Source: Heterodontus francisci
Lineage: Eukaryota
Direction: 5' to 3'
DNA length: 64,000 nucleotides
Assembly: GCF_036365525.1 (NCBI RefSeq)
Contig: NW_027140453.1
Location: 186,001 to 250,000 of the forward strand
Positions within the stretch are counted from its first letter, which is position 1; every line of letters starts with the position of its first letter. Of this stretch, positions 13,040 to 26,224 are shown in pieces. Made by a program: the position numbers and the translations under genes. Under the pieces are notes generated by a model, which worked only from the letters and a program-made list of their open reading frames with translations, was not told where the DNA came from and made no database searches.

Positions 13040-14490
13040 GTCATCGAGTCATTTACGGCACTGAAGAAGGCCATTCGGAACATCGGGTCCATGCTGGCTC
13101 TCCACGGTGCTGTGCAATCAGTGCACTCCCCTGGCTCGATCCCTGTAGCCCTGTAAGTCTATTTCTCTCAGGTGGCTATCCGACTATCTCTTGAAGTCAT
13201 TGATCATCTTCGCTTCCACCATCCTGTGGGCAGTGAGTTCCAGGTCATTAACACCCTTAGTGCAAATAAAATTCTTCCTTATATTCCCTGCATCTCTAAC
13301 CCAAACCTTCAACCTCCTTATTGTACCATTAGTTAATGGGAACCAGTTTTCCTTGTCTGAGTTATCTGTACCCAATGCCTTTATTTATGAAGCCCAAGAT
13401 CCCACATGCTTTCCTAACCAAGCTCTCACTATGTCCTGCCATTTTCAAAGATGTGTGCACATACACCCCCAGGTCCCTCTGTCCCTACACACTCTTTACA
13501 ACTGTGCCATTAAGTATATATTGTCTCTCCCTATTCCTTCTGCTAAAATGCATCACCTCACACTTGTCAGAATGAAATTCCATTGGTCACCTTTCTGCCC
13601 ATTCTGCTCGTCTATCTATGACCTGATCCAGGCAGTTCATATCATCTTCACTGTTTGCTGCACCTCCAGGTTTGGTGTGGAGAGCAAATTTTGAGATTCT
13701 GCTCTGTATTTCAAGATCCAAGTCATTTATATGTTGCAGAAAAAGCAGTGGTCCCAGCACTGACCCATGGGGGAACACCAGTGACTACCATCCCTCAGTC
13801 AAAAAAGCAACCATTTACTACGATTCGCTGTTTCCTGTCCTGACGGCACTTTTTCACCCAAATGAACACTGACCCTCTCATCCATGAGCCTCAGTTGTGT
13901 TAACCAGCATTTTATGGGGTACCTTGTCAAACGCTTTCTTAAAATCCACATAAACAACATCCACCACATTCACTCCATCGACCTTCTCTGTTGCTTCATC
14001 AAAGAATTCAATTAGATTAGTCAATAATGTTCAGCCTTTTGAAAATCCATGCTGGCTACCCTTAATTAAACTCGAACCTCTCCAACCGTCTATTGATTTT
14101 TCTCTGATTATTGTTTCTAGAACCAAACCCATCACTGATGTTAAACTAAGTGGCCTGTAGTTGCTCGGACTGTCCTTACACCCTTTCTTCAATAAGGGTT
14201 TGCCACTCTGTCGTCTCTGGCACCTCCCCCATAACCAGGGAAGATTTGAAGATGACGGCAAGCCCTTCTTCTATCTCTACCCTCCACTTCCTTTCACAAC
14301 CTGTGATGCAAGTTATCTGAACCAGGTGACTTATCCACCCAAAGCATAGCCAGCCCTTTTAGTACCAGCTCTCAATTGTTATCCTATCCATTGCCTCTAC
14401 TCTCTCTGCTTCTATAGATAATTTTCAGCCTCCAGTTCCTTCGGGAACACTGATACAAAGTTCTCATTAAGTATATTAGCTTTGCCCTGT
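13040..14490 (-). mobile_element. Degenerate CR1 LINE RT
   Basis: PSNYRPLSLTSV, SQHGF, PHGSVLGPLLFL..INDLD. Confidence 0.9.
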
Positions 14491-14734
14491 GCCTCAAAGC
14501 ACATATTACTCTCTCCGTCCTTACTTGACCCCTCTTTACCTCTTACTACTCACTTACTATTTACATGCTGGTAGAAGATCTTTGAGCCCCTTTTATGAAT
14601 CTCCCTCTCCCCTTTCCACATTGAGGCTGAAATGGGCTTTGTTTGCAACAATTACATCATCCAGGTCTGATCAGATACTCGGAGCTTTTGTGAACGAATT
14701 CCCATCAACCTCAACAAGTTGTGCAATTTCCCCA

Positions 14735-15185
14735 TTTGTCAGTGTTTTACCCCCTTCTGATGTTGTTCAATTTGTTAGTGTTTTTCCCCTGCTGAAGTTG
14801 TTGCTGTATTTGTTGTTTTTTTCACTGAAGTTGTTGTTGAACCTGTTGGTGTCTTTGCCCAGCTGAAGTTGCTGCTGCATTGCTTGATGTACTTCCCTAA
14901 AGTTGTTGGTGAAGTTGTAGGTGTTTCCCCTGCTGACGTTGTGAGAATAGTAGTTGTTTTTTTCCTCCCCGCTTCCCCTAATGTTGCTGGATTTGTTGGT
15001 GATTGCTTCCTGAAGTTGTTGTTGGATTTGTTGGTGTAATCTTCCTGTTGAAGTTGTTGTGATGTTTGTTTTTAATTCTCCTGAAGAAGTTGTTGAATTT
15101 GTTGGTGTCGTTCTGCTCCTGACGTTGTTGTATTTGTTGTTCTTTTCCCCCATCCTGAAGTAGTTGTTGAATTCCCCTGTTCCTC
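14735..15185 (-). repeat. AAC-rich ~33-36-bp minisatellite, minus orientation
   Basis: GAAGTTGTTGTTGAATTTGTTGGTGTTTTT-type units. Confidence 0.85.
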
Positions 15186-15399
15186 CTGAACATGTTACAC
15201 TCACCACCCCTCATGACTCAGCTTACACTGTAACTGTATCCCTGAGTGAAATCTCTCTAATGTGCAGGTAATATCTGCTTCCAGCGTCTCCCTGGGACCC
15301 TGTTCCACAGAGCGACCTCCTGCTCATTGAAATAACCTTTCTGCAGGTTCGTTTCCAGGTCAAATAATTAAAACATTAAGTAACTATTACAACAAAGAG

Positions 15400-15997
15400 T
15401 ATTGTCCCTTTTCCCTCAAGGGGGCTGGAATAGAAAGCGCTGGATGTTGTGTTACTGTTGTATGCAGCTCGGATTAGACCCCTTCTGGAGAAACCATGTT
15501 CAGTTCTGTGCATCAAAACTCAGGAAGGATGTCTCAGCCTTGGAGGTAATGACACCAGGTCTAAAAGGGTTAAATTAGCTTCACAGTTTGCATGGCCTAA
15601 TGTTATATTCTCTTAAGTGTAGGAGATTAAAGGGTGATCTCATTGAAATATTTAGGATGATTAAAGGATTCGATGGTGTTAATGGACAGAAACAATTTCC
15701 TCTGCTGGGGGAGTCCAGGGCAAGGTGGGGTGGGGCTGTTCAGGAGTGATGTCAGGAAACGCTGGTTCACACAGCTGGTAGTGGAAATCTGGAATTTTCT
15801 CCCTCAAAAGCTCGACAGATGGGGGTGTGAGGGGGGTTAATCAGACATTACAAAGCAGAGCTTGCTAGATTGATGTTAGGTGAGGGTATTAAATGATATG
15901 GAACCCAGATGGGCAAATGGAAATAAGTTGTAGATGATCCATGATCTCCCTGAATGGCGGAACAAGCTTGAATGGGCCGAATGGCCCATTCCTGCTG
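15400..15997 (+). mobile_element. Degenerate CR1 3' fragment
   Basis: Homology to other CR1 copies; ends GGGCCGAATGGCC. Confidence 0.75.
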
Positions 15998-16384
15998 CCA
16001 GGATTTCTCATTTTCCTCTGTCAGGATTTGAGTGAGCTGGATTATCCAGGGTGGAAGCACTGACCAGAAAAGAATGGAGCAGCACGAGGTTTGGGGAATG
16101 CTGGGCAGACCCACCATGCACAGTCACATCCCTTCTGATACCATCCCTCAGCAATCATTTAAGAGTGAGTGTTCCCTCCCAGAACAAAAACACTGGATTT
16201 CCATGATCAGATGGGAAAGTCATTCCAGCAAAATCAAAACCTTCTTGAGACGGTCATGTTCAGCGTTCATAGATGTGTTGAGCAGACAGAGACTGCAATA
16301 AAACTTTAAAGACACAGTTTACAATCAGATTTACAATCACACCGGGTGGTCAGGGAGTCAAACACGTTAAAAACACGTTAAACA

Positions 16385-17066
16385 CGGAAAAACACCAAAA
16401 CATTCAGCAACAACCTCAACAGGAAAAACACCAACAAATTCAACAATAACTTCAGGAGAAAAACAACAACATCGAGAAAAAACACCAATAGATTCAACAT
16501 CAAATTTAGCAGGAGACAAACAGGAAAAAATACAAAAACAACTGCACCAGAAAAATAACCCACGAACAAGCTCAGCAATAACTTTAACAGGAGAAAAATA
16601 AAGTACGAATAAAATCAACAACAACTTCAACAGGAGAAAAACACCAACAAAGTCAACAACAACTTTAGCAGGAGAAAAACACCAACAAATTCAACAACAA
16701 CCTCAAGAGGAAAAGCACCAACAAATTCAACAACAAGAAAAACACCAACAAATTCAACAATAACTTCAGCAGGAGAAAACAACAACAAATTCAAAACAAC
16801 AACCTCAACAGGGAAAACACCATCAAATTCAACAACAACTTCAACAGGAAAAACATCAACAAATTCAACAACAACTTCAGCAGGAGAAAAACACCAACAA
16901 TTTCAATAACAACCTCAACAGGAAAAACACCAAAAAATTCAACAACAACCTCAACAGGAAAAAAAGCAACAAATGCAACAACAACTTCAACAGGAAAAAC
17001 ACCAACAAAGTCAACAACAACTTCAGCTGGAGAAAAAAACAACAAATTCAACAACAACCTCAGCAG
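16385..17066 (+). repeat. AAC-rich minisatellite, plus orientation
   Basis: AACAAATTCAACAACAACCTCAACAGGAAAAACACC units. Confidence 0.9.
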
Positions 17067-17189
17067 GCTCTGCACGTTGTCTGTTCGTGGGATCTTGCCT
17101 TGTAGAAACTGGCTGCCACACTTCCTGCATTACAGCAGTGGCTGTACTTCGAAACAGTCGCAAAGAATATGGGAATAGCAAAACATATG

Positions 17190-18085
17190 AGATTAGCAAA
17201 ACTGTGAGATCTTGGGCTTCATAAATAGCGGCAGAGCCTACAAAATATGGGAAGTTATGCTGAATCTTTATAAAGCTCTAGTTAGGTCACAACTGGACAA
17301 TTGCATCCAGTTCTGGTCACCACACTTTAGGAAGGAGGTGAGTTTCCTTGAGAGGGTGCAGAGGAGATTTACCAGAATGGTTCCAGGGATGGGGGATTTT
17401 AGTTACAAGGTTAGGTTGGAAAACCTGGAGAAAATGAGATTGAGTGGAGACCTGATAGAGGTGTGCAAGATTGTGACAGGTTTAGATGAGGATCACAAAG
17501 AAAAGCTGCTCCTCACCCAGGAGTCAGTTCCCCAGCTCCACTGACTAGTCCCACAGTGTTGGTGTTCCTGCTCCTCGCTCCAGCTGCAGGGAATTTACAG
17601 CACAGAAACAGACCATTCGGCCAGACACGTCCATGTAGGCCTTTTTGGTCCACACGAACATCGTTCCACGCCCTCTTCATCTCGCCCCCAGCCGCATCTC
17701 CTTCTGTTCCTCTCTCCCTCATGTCCGATGCAGCTTCCCCATCCCCCCAAGCTTAAATACATCTTGCCTATTCCTCTCAGCCTGTGGTAATGAGTTCCAC
17801 ATTCTCCCCACTCTCTGGGTGAAGATGTTTCTCCCGAATTCCAAATTGGATTTATTGGTGACTGTCTTATATTGATGACCCCTCCCCCTTTTTCTGGTCT
17901 CACCTGCAAATGGAAAAAATCTTCTCCACAATAATGTGATCAAAACCCGTTTCATAATCTTAAAGAGCTCTATCAGGTCACTCCTCAGCCTTCTCTTTTC
18001 TGGAGAAAAGAGCCCCAGTCTATTCAGTCTTTTCCTGATCATTATAACCTCTCAGTTCTGATATCATCCTTGAACATCTTTCTGT
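17190..18085. mobile_element. Two CR1 fragments (+ 17190-17510; - 17595-18085)
   Basis: YKALVRSQLDNCIQFWSPH..QRRFTRMVPG on +; RRLRSDLIELFKIM..FTQRVGRMWNSLP on -. Confidence 0.85.
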
Positions 18086-18181
18086 GTCTTCTTCATGTCG
18101 AAGACATGTTCACACTGCAGTAGATAAACCCAACAGGATACAGAGCTGCAGGCTTTTATCTGAAACAGGTGTTTCTGTTGG

Positions 18182-18220
18182 TGTTTTTGTTGAACTGCTC
18201 CATCTCTCTGAGTCACTGTG
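18182..18220 (-). other. 23-bp-spacer recombination signal sequence
   Basis: CACAGTG-actcagagagatggagcagttca-ACAAAAACA. Confidence 0.95.
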
Positions 18221-18713
18221 CAGACTCCAGGCACAGAAATACAGCGCCGAGCGATTCTCCTGCAGGCTGGAGGACTCCAGGTTGAACTGGGAACCAGTCG
18301 GTCGTTTGGCAGTGAAACCCTCCACCGTCCCTTCTGAGTTCACACTTGGTGTAACTGCGGAGTAAAACATCAGCCGCAGCTCCTTCCCCAGGTCCTGTCT
18401 GTACCAGAACATGTAACCGCTACTCTGGCCCTCCACACGGCACTCCAGTCCCACTCCCTCCCCAGGAAATCTGGAGACGGCGGTGGGAGTCTGGCGGACC
18501 CTCGCTGAGATCGCGCCTGAAGGAAGAGACCGGGAGAGAAGAAGGTCAGTGAACAGGGACAATCTGGGATGTGAAGAATGAAGGAAGGAGAGAAAGATAG
18601 AGAGAAAGAAAATAAGAAAGAGAGCTGTTAACACAAACAATGGGGGTGTGGGGTGGAGGTGAGAAAGATCCCTTACTTTGAAATAAGACCATGAGACTCA
18701 GTAACAGATACAT
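18221..18713 (-). CDS. TRBV: TCR beta V segment, CAWS/TRBV30-like family, inverted (leader 18713-18677, V exon 18516-18221)
   Basis: Leader MYLLLSLMVLFQ with GTAAGG donor, phase-1 intron; V-set domain with Cys, WYRQ, YFCAWSL; abuts a 23-RSS. Confidence 0.93.
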
Positions 18714-18838
18714 CTTCCACTGGAAGCTTATCCTGCAATTGGGAAATCAGTGGAAAGAAGAGAGTTGAGTCTTGTGAGAAGCCACATGAAGACTCAAGCA
18801 AGTGATTCAGGTTTGTCCAACACCTTCCTACCTTCCTA

Positions 18839-18862
18839 CCACGCCCCGCTCTCTACCATTGG
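18839..18862 (-). promoter_or_regulatory. CCAAT and GC box upstream of the inverted V
   Basis: Minus strand GCCAAT...GGGGCGTGG about 130-150 bp above the ATG; GGCAGCCAAT also precedes the 40.6-kb paralogue. Confidence 0.4.
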
Positions 18863-18867
18863 CTGCC

Positions 18868-19215
18868 AGTAGTTGCTGTTGCATTTGTTGGTATAGATCT
18901 GCTGCTGAAGTTGTTGTTGTATTTGTTGTTGTATTTGCTGGTGCTTTTCTCCGACTGAGGTTGTTGAATTTGTTAGTGCTTGAATCTTCTGCTGATCTGT
19001 TGTTGAATTTGTTGGTGTTTGAATCTCCTGCTGATATGTTGTTGAATTTGTTGGCGTTGTTTTCCTTTTGAGGTCGTTGTTGTGTTTGTTGGTGTTTTCC
19101 CTGCTGAGGTTTTTGTTGTACTTGTTTCCTTCCCTGCTTCAGTTGTTGTTCAATTTGGTTTTTCATGTTGTTGTATTTTTTGGAGTTTTTTCCCCCCTGC
19201 TGAGGTTATTTTCTC
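18868..19215 (-). repeat. AAC-rich minisatellite, minus orientation
   Basis: Same unit family as 16385-17066, reversed. Confidence 0.85.
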
Positions 19216-20113
19216 TTTTTTAATTCATTCATGAGATTTTGGTTGTGGTCAGCATTTATTGTCCATCCCTAATCGTCTAATTGAGAAGGTGGTGCTGAGC
19301 TGCCTTCTTGAACCACTGCAGTCATGTAGGGTCGGTAAACCCACAGTGCTGTTAGGAAGGGAGTTTCAGGATTTTGACCCAGTGACAGTGAAGAATTTTC
19401 ACAATGACTGGAGTTCAGTGCGGTGAAGAACTTAACCCTATAACTCCCGTTTAGCAGAAGGGGGTGAAATAAAACTGTCTTGGCCCCGAAACAAGGCAGC
19501 AGGCTGACGGGTCTTATTGGGTCATCGTATCATGCAGGTCAAATCCAGGCCATTCAGCCCATCGATCCTGGCCTGGCAGCTCGAAAGAGCGACTTCCTCC
19601 CATCTTTCTTCATCTTACCCTATCAACAGATTCTTCTATTCCTTTCTCACTCATGTATTTATTCAGCTCCCCTTTAACTGCATCGTCTCTATTCGACCTC
19701 AACCCATTCCATTTGGTCTGTAATTCCACATTCTCTCCGCTCCATGGGTTAAAGAACCTCCTCCTGAATTCCCAATTGGATTTATTAAGGACTACCTTAC
19801 ATTTATGATCCCTGGTTTTCATCCTCCCTGTCCAATTGCTCCCACTCCCTGTTCTTTCTGAATAACCCTGCACTTGATCTTGCAGCTTGTCTGCCTCCTT
19901 CCTACCATTACAACAGTGACTGCACGTCAAAATGTATTTGACTGGTTGAGGCTTGAGTGAAGCAGAGAACTGTCGGGCCGAATGGCGCGGATCTTTGCAT
20001 TAACTTCCATCTAGTTCTGTGCCACAAGCGCCAACACGAGTCGAGTAGGAGAATATAACTAATGACTGAAACAGGTTCAGTATCTGACAATGAAACGCCT
20101 GCAGAATCAGTGC

Positions 20114-20160
20114 TTGCAGTTGCACCTGGAGCCACTAGGTGCCAGTGTTACTCCACTGTA
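20114..20160 (+). promoter_or_regulatory. CTCF-type element upstream of V
   Basis: TTGCAGTTGC-acctgga-GCCACTAGGTGCCAGT-gtta-CTCCAC. Confidence 0.6.
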
Positions 20161-20560
20161 GCCGCTGCCCAGAACATGCTCAGACAGAGTGAGCTTTACC
20201 CACAGCAGCTCCACAGGTCAACTTGGCTGCTTCTGAAATGTTTCACTTCTCAACTATTTCACAGACACACAAAAAAAAAACGCAGTTGGACTTCATCATG
20301 TTTGGTCTTTAATAGTGACCAGAGCACCCCGGATTCGCCTGAGGCCTCCTTAGCTCAGCCCATGAAATGACCTGTCAACATGTCAACATGTGGGAGCCAA
20401 TGAACCATCAGGAATTTGCACCCCCTCCCTCCCCCCAATGGGAACATGAAACAGTGGGGAGGAGGAGACAGTAAATGTCACTCAGAACATTGAGATTTTC
20501 TGCAATAAACCAGCTCAGTGATTTCACACAATGAACACATGGATCTGTCTCCCTCCAGAG

Positions 20561-21452
20561 ATGACTGTGTCTCACCTCTGCGTTGTGTTGCTGGTGTTAA
20601 GGGGTAAGGTGGACCTCGACTGGGAGATGTCAGTCATCTTCACTGCTCTTTCCCTGTGTGACCCCATTGGGGGTTTACCCCCTTACAAGGCACCGTCACT
20701 GTGATTGTTAATTTAGCTGCTCTCTTTCTCTTTTTGTATCCCTTTCTCTATCTCTCTTTCTCTCTGTCTAACAATAAATGTTCCTCTATGTCTGTCCCTC
20801 CCAGTCTCCCTGTCTCTCTGTCTCTCTTACTCTCTCTCCCTGTCCTCTTAGCTCCTTCATGTCTGTTGCCGATGTCTAGAATGTTGCTGTTTTTCTCCCT
20901 CTGTCTGTGCTTCCCTCTCTCTCTCTCTCTCTCTGCTTCTCTCCTTTTCTCTCACTCTTTTTCACTCTATGTCTCTCTCTCTCTCTTTGCAGCTCCCCGT
21001 CTCCCACCTCTCCCTTCTTACGAAGAAACACGGGACATTTAGGGCACACAGCAGGTCATTCAGCCCATCGTGCCTCTCCCCTCTTCGTGGCCGATGTCAA
21101 TTGAAACATTGTCCCTGGGTTTATCTCTCTCTCTCTCTCTCTCTGTTTTACAGATGTGGGGGCCGTGTTGATGCAACAGATTCCCGCTTCCATATCCTAT
21201 TCCCCAGGCTCTCCAGTCAGTATCCAGTGTATTTACACAAAGGCAGATGCTGGCTCCGATATCCACTGGTACCGGTGGCATCCGGACCGTGAGCACGAGA
21301 ACCTTTTCTATTCCACCTCTGCCGGAACGGTCACCCCCTCCGGTGAGGTGGACGGTTTCACCGCCAGGAGACCCGACAACACCCATTTTTACCTGGAGTC
21401 CTCCAGCCTATGGAAAAATCAATCAGCTGTGTATTACTGTGCCTGGAGTCTG
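20561..21452 (+). CDS. TRBV: TCR beta V segment, divergent CAWS family (leader 20561-20603, V exon 21154-21452)
   Basis: Leader MTVSHLCVVLLVLR/GTAAGG; V exon ...SIQC...IHWYRW...AVYYCAWSL; 23-RSS follows. Confidence 0.92.
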
Positions 21453-21491
21453 CACAGTGACTCAGAAAGGCGCCGGAGTTCAGCAAAAACT
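21453..21491 (+). other. 23-RSS
   Basis: CACAGTG-actcagaaaggcgccggagttca-GCAAAAACT. Confidence 0.93.
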
Positions 21492-22749
21492 CTAAAGGAG
21501 GAGGAAAGCACTTGTGGGAGATAAACCTGTCTGTCTATCTCAGTGTCTTTCTGTCTCTCTGACTATCTGCGAGTTTCTGTGTCTCTTTGTGCATCTNNNN
21601 NNNNNNNNNNNNNNNNNNNNNNNNNNNNNNNNNNNNNNNNNNNNNNNNNNNNNNNNNNNNNNNNNNNNNNNNNNNNNNNNNNNNNNNNNNNNNNNNNNNN
21701 NNNNNNNNNNNNNNNNNNNNNNNNNNNNNNNNNNNNNNNNNNNNNNNNNNNNNNNNNNNNNNNNNNNNNNNNNNNNNNNNNNNNNNNNNNNNNNNNNNNN
21801 NNATATTGCACCATTTATCTATCTATTTATCTCGATCATATATATATATTTGCCATCGATTTATCTACCTGTCTCTCACCTCTCTAAATATGCATCCATC
21901 ATATATCTGACGTTTATCATCTTTCTAACACAACTATTTGCACCATACCAGTTTAATTATTGATGGATCATGATTTGTATTTTACTGATAGTTTCATCTT
22001 CTTGCTCTCCTTCGACTCAGAGTACATCAATACATTATGAATTATTAAAAATGCTGCAGCAATGTGCTCAGATCCTTCTCGTTAAGGCAGCCTCTACCTG
22101 TAAAGAACAGATTCCGAGGTGGGGTAAATGGGCTCATGGTCCTGTTGAATGAGCTGTCGGTGGTATGTGACAAGAGTTACACATAGCTCCCTATTGTACA
22201 TGTCCCCGATGATTCATACAATGCAAAAGTGAGACACCTCCCCAGATAGGTCTCTCACTGGAACACCTGCCTCCTGACAGCGGTTTGAGCATCTGTTTAA
22301 AACAGTTAACCCACTTCTTCATGACACTGTCGCTTTTCAAAGTATCTAAGATTTCACCCCAATGTAAAACATAGCCCTTGAATTGTCGTTTAACACAGGG
22401 AAAATAAATCTTTATCTGCCTAATACAAACAAGCAACTTGATGCGTCTTATATATTTATAAAATCATACAGCAGAGGCAAAGGCCATTCAGTCCATCGAG
22501 CCTGGCCCAGCTGTTCGAAAGAGCTACCCTATACAACACCAATCAGACACAAGCAACGAGAGCCAGATACAGATGGGAAGCAGTTCCTTATTCAAGCTCC
22601 TTCCGACCAGGGGGTGTTATTATTCTGTCATACCCAGAAGTGAGGGGTCAGAAGGAAACCCTGTTTCCAGTGCTGTCATTTCCGCTCTCTGCTTTATCTT
22701 CAGCCGCCTGATATTCATTCATGAACAGATTCAGCCCTCAGTCTGCAGG

Positions 22750-23415
22750 ATGCAGTTAGTCAAACTCTTCCTAATCGTCTGTTCTCTTCTTCCATGTAGG
22801 TATTCATTGTTCATAAAGATACCTGTGCTAAAATACATGCTGTGTTTTCATTCACTACTAACTTCTATCAAACTAGATTGATAAAACATCATTGAAGTCG
22901 ATTTTCTGTCATTTCTTAAACTACATACTTTACTTTCACTGTAAATAATATTGGCTTAATGAAATTTTTGACTGAATGAAAGTTATTTATATATTCGTGA
23001 CGCTACTACAGCTATCTTTAACCGATAAGTTTGCCCCAATTCTGGGTTAATTTGTCTGTCTCATATCACTTGCTACATTATTTTTCAATCTCTATATCTA
23101 TCTGTTTATTATCTATATATCTACAAATATATCATTTAACTATATATTGTCTGCCTATATAGTTATCTAGTATTATCTAATTATCTATTTGGATCGTTTA
23201 GTTGGTTATCATATGTCACAATATGTTCTAAACTTTTTTAACTATTCTCCTTATTTCTCAAGGCAAAACTCTAGCAGAGGTGATACACCATTGGCCAACT
23301 CTGGTGGCAGTGAAGGGAGGCGAACCAGCAGAATTAAACTGTTACCAGAATGACAGTAGAAAGAGCATTATGCTGTGGTATCGGCAGTATGCCGGGCAGG
23401 GGCTCACCCTAATCC
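22750..23415 (+). pseudogene. TRBV: 3'-truncated TCR V pseudogene (leader 22750-22795, V from 23263)
   Basis: Leader MQLVKLFLIVCSLLP/GTAGGT; EVIHHWP...ELNC...LWYRQYAGQGLTLI, then V homology ends; no second Cys motif and no RSS. Confidence 0.88.
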
Positions 23416-23579
23416 CCTGCAAAATTTCAAAGTCCTCGTCTACACTGTTTAATTTCTGGCACTGAGTATGTTAAAACTGAGTCACAGTCGCTGTCCGATA
23501 CTTGATTAATTAAAAGGTTAATTAATGATGTAAATAAGGCAGATAGTTAACATCACCATTGTGAAGTGATGTACAGAGT

Positions 23580-24120
23580 ATCAATCATCTACAAGGCACA
23601 AGTCAGGAGTGTGATGGAATACTCTCCACCTGCCTGGATGGATACAGCTCCAACAACACTCAAGGAGCTCAACACCAGTCAGGAAAAAAACAGCTCGCTT
23701 GATCAGCACCCCATCTACCACCTTCAACCCTCACTTCCTACGCCACAGTGGAAGCAGTGTGTACCATCGACATGATACACTGCAGCAAAGCATCGAGTGT
23801 CCTTAGACAGCACCTTCCAAACCCACCAACTCCATCACCTAGAAGGGCAAGGGCAGTAGACTCATGGGAACACCACCACCTGCAAGTTCCCCTCCAAGTC
23901 ATACACCATCCTGACTTGGAACTATATCGCCGTTTCTTCACTGTCACTGGGTCAAAATCCTGGAACTCCCTTCCTAACAGCACTGTGGGTGTACCTATCC
24001 AACATGTACTGCAGCGGTTCAAGAAGGCAGCTCACCACCACCTTCTCAAGGACAATCAGTGTTGTGAAATAATTGCTGGCCTTGCAAAAGAAATTCACGT
24101 CCCATGAACGAATAAGAAAA
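23580..24120 (+). mobile_element. CR1-like LINE 3' end (second family; minus fragment at 19220-19395)
   Basis: YKAQVRSVMEYSP..W, FTVTGSKSWNSLP, RFKKAAHHHLLK. Confidence 0.85.
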
Positions 24121-24329
24121 GATACATATATTTAAGGTCTTCCACGACTTCAAGATGCCCCAAAACAGCCAATTAACAACTGGAAAATGATGGTCAGATC
24201 CTCTGCTATCACTTCTCTTGCTTTAATTTTTTTTTAATTCATTCTGGGTGCCTCATTTCAGAGAACAGTGTACTTAAAACACGGAAGCCAATTGGTGTGC
24301 TGCACCATGTCATTGGCAGCATAAAGAGG

Positions 24330-24367
24330 CAGATAGATAGCTAGGAAGGCAGACAGACAGACATTAC

Positions 24368-24440
<73 letters not shown>

Positions 24441-24502
24441 CCGACAGATAGATCGATAGACAGACAGATAGGTAGCTAGGAAGGCAGACAGACAGACATT
24501 AC

Positions 24503-24539
<37 letters not shown>

Positions 24540-25111
24540 CCGACAGATAGATCGATAGACAGACAGATAGGTAGCTAGGAAGGCAGACAGACAGACATTA
24601 GATAGACAGACAGACAGATAGATAGCTAGGAAGGCAGAGAGACTGCCATTAGATAGATAGATAGATAGACAGATAGATAGATAGACAGACATTTGATCGA
24701 TAGACAGGCAGATAGATCGACAGACAGACAGATTGGTAGATAGACAGATAGATAGGCAGATAGATAGATAGATAGATAGATAGATCGATAGATAGATAGA
24801 TAGGTAGGTAGGAAGGCAGACAGGCAGACATTAGATCGACAGATAGACAGGCAGATAGATAGCTAGGAAGGTAGAAAGGCAGATGGCAGATAGATAGACA
24901 GACAGATAGATCGATAGACANNNNNNNNNNNNNNNNNNNNNNNNNNNNNNNNNNNNNNNNNNNNNNNNNNNNNNNNNNNNNNNNNNNNNNNNNNNNNNNN
25001 NNNNNNNNNNNNNNNNNNNNNNNNNNNNNNNNNNNNNNNNNNNNNNNNNNNNNNNNNNNNNNNNNNNNNNNNNNNNNNNNNNNNNNNNNNNNNNNNNNTA
25101 GATAGTCAAAC

Positions 25112-25166
<55 letters not shown>

Positions 25167-26080
25167 CAGACAGATAGATCGATAGACANNNNNNNNNNNN
25201 NNNNNNNNNNNNNNNNNNNNNNNNNNNNNNNNNNNNNNNNNNNNNNNNNNNNNNNNNNNNNNNNNNNNNNNNNNNNNNNNNNNNNNNNNNNNNNNNNNNN
25301 NNNNNNNNNNNNNNNNNNNNNNNNNNNNNNNNNNNNNNNNNNNNNNNNNNNNNNNNNNNNNNNNNNNNNNNNNNNNNNNNNNNNNNNNNNNNNNNNNNNN
25401 NNNNNNNNNNNNNNNNNNNNNNNNNNNNNNNNNNNNNNNNNNNNNNNNNNNNNNNNNNNNNNNNNNNNNNNNNNNNNNNNNNNNNNNNNNNNNNNNNNNN
25501 NNNNNNNNNNNNNNNNNNNNNNNNNNNNNNTAGATCGATAGACANNNNNNNNNNNNNNNNNNNNNNNNNNNNNNNNNNNNNNNNNNNNNNNNNNNNNNNN
25601 NNNNNNNNNNNNNNNNNNNNNNNNNNNNNNNNNNNNNNNNNNNNNNNNNNNNNNNNNNNNNNNNNNNNNNNNNNNNNNNNNNNNNNNNNNNNNNNNNNNN
25701 NNCAGAGAGACAGACATTAGATAGATAGATATACAGACAGATAAATAGAAAGACAGATGGGTAGACAGATAGGCAGACAGATAGATCGATTGACAGACAG
25801 ATTGATTGATAGACAGACAGATGGGTAGACAGATAGATAGGCAAATGGTCAAATAGATAGATAGACAGACAGATATGCAAATAGGTAAATATGAAGACAG
25901 ACAGACAAAAAGATAGGTAGGTAGACAGACAGACGGATTCATACAGATAGAGAGACAAACTGACACAGATAGAGAGACAGACACACAGCCATGCAGATAG
26001 ATAGATAGAGAGAAAGATAGACAGATAGCTACAGTGATAGATAGATAGATAGATAGATAGCTATATAGATAGACAGACAG
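24330..26080. repeat. (GATA)n/(GACA)n microsatellite with assembly gaps
   Basis: Direct inspection. Confidence 0.95.
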
Positions 26081-26224
26081 GCATATCTTTTTCTCCCTCT
26101 CTCCATCTATCTCTATCACTGCCTCTCTTTTTCTCTAACTGTTTTTCTCCATATCATCCTCTGTGACTCTGTCTCTCTCTCATTCCTTGGCACTTTCACA
26201 TACACTCTATCACTCCAATAATCT

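Noticed and set aside
16154-16192. ACAAAAACA nonamer
   Set aside because: No heptamer at 12- or 23-bp spacing.
24831-26119. Long ORFs containing X (also 21514-21963, 41054-42196, 45606-46209)
   Set aside because: They span assembly gaps and microsatellites.
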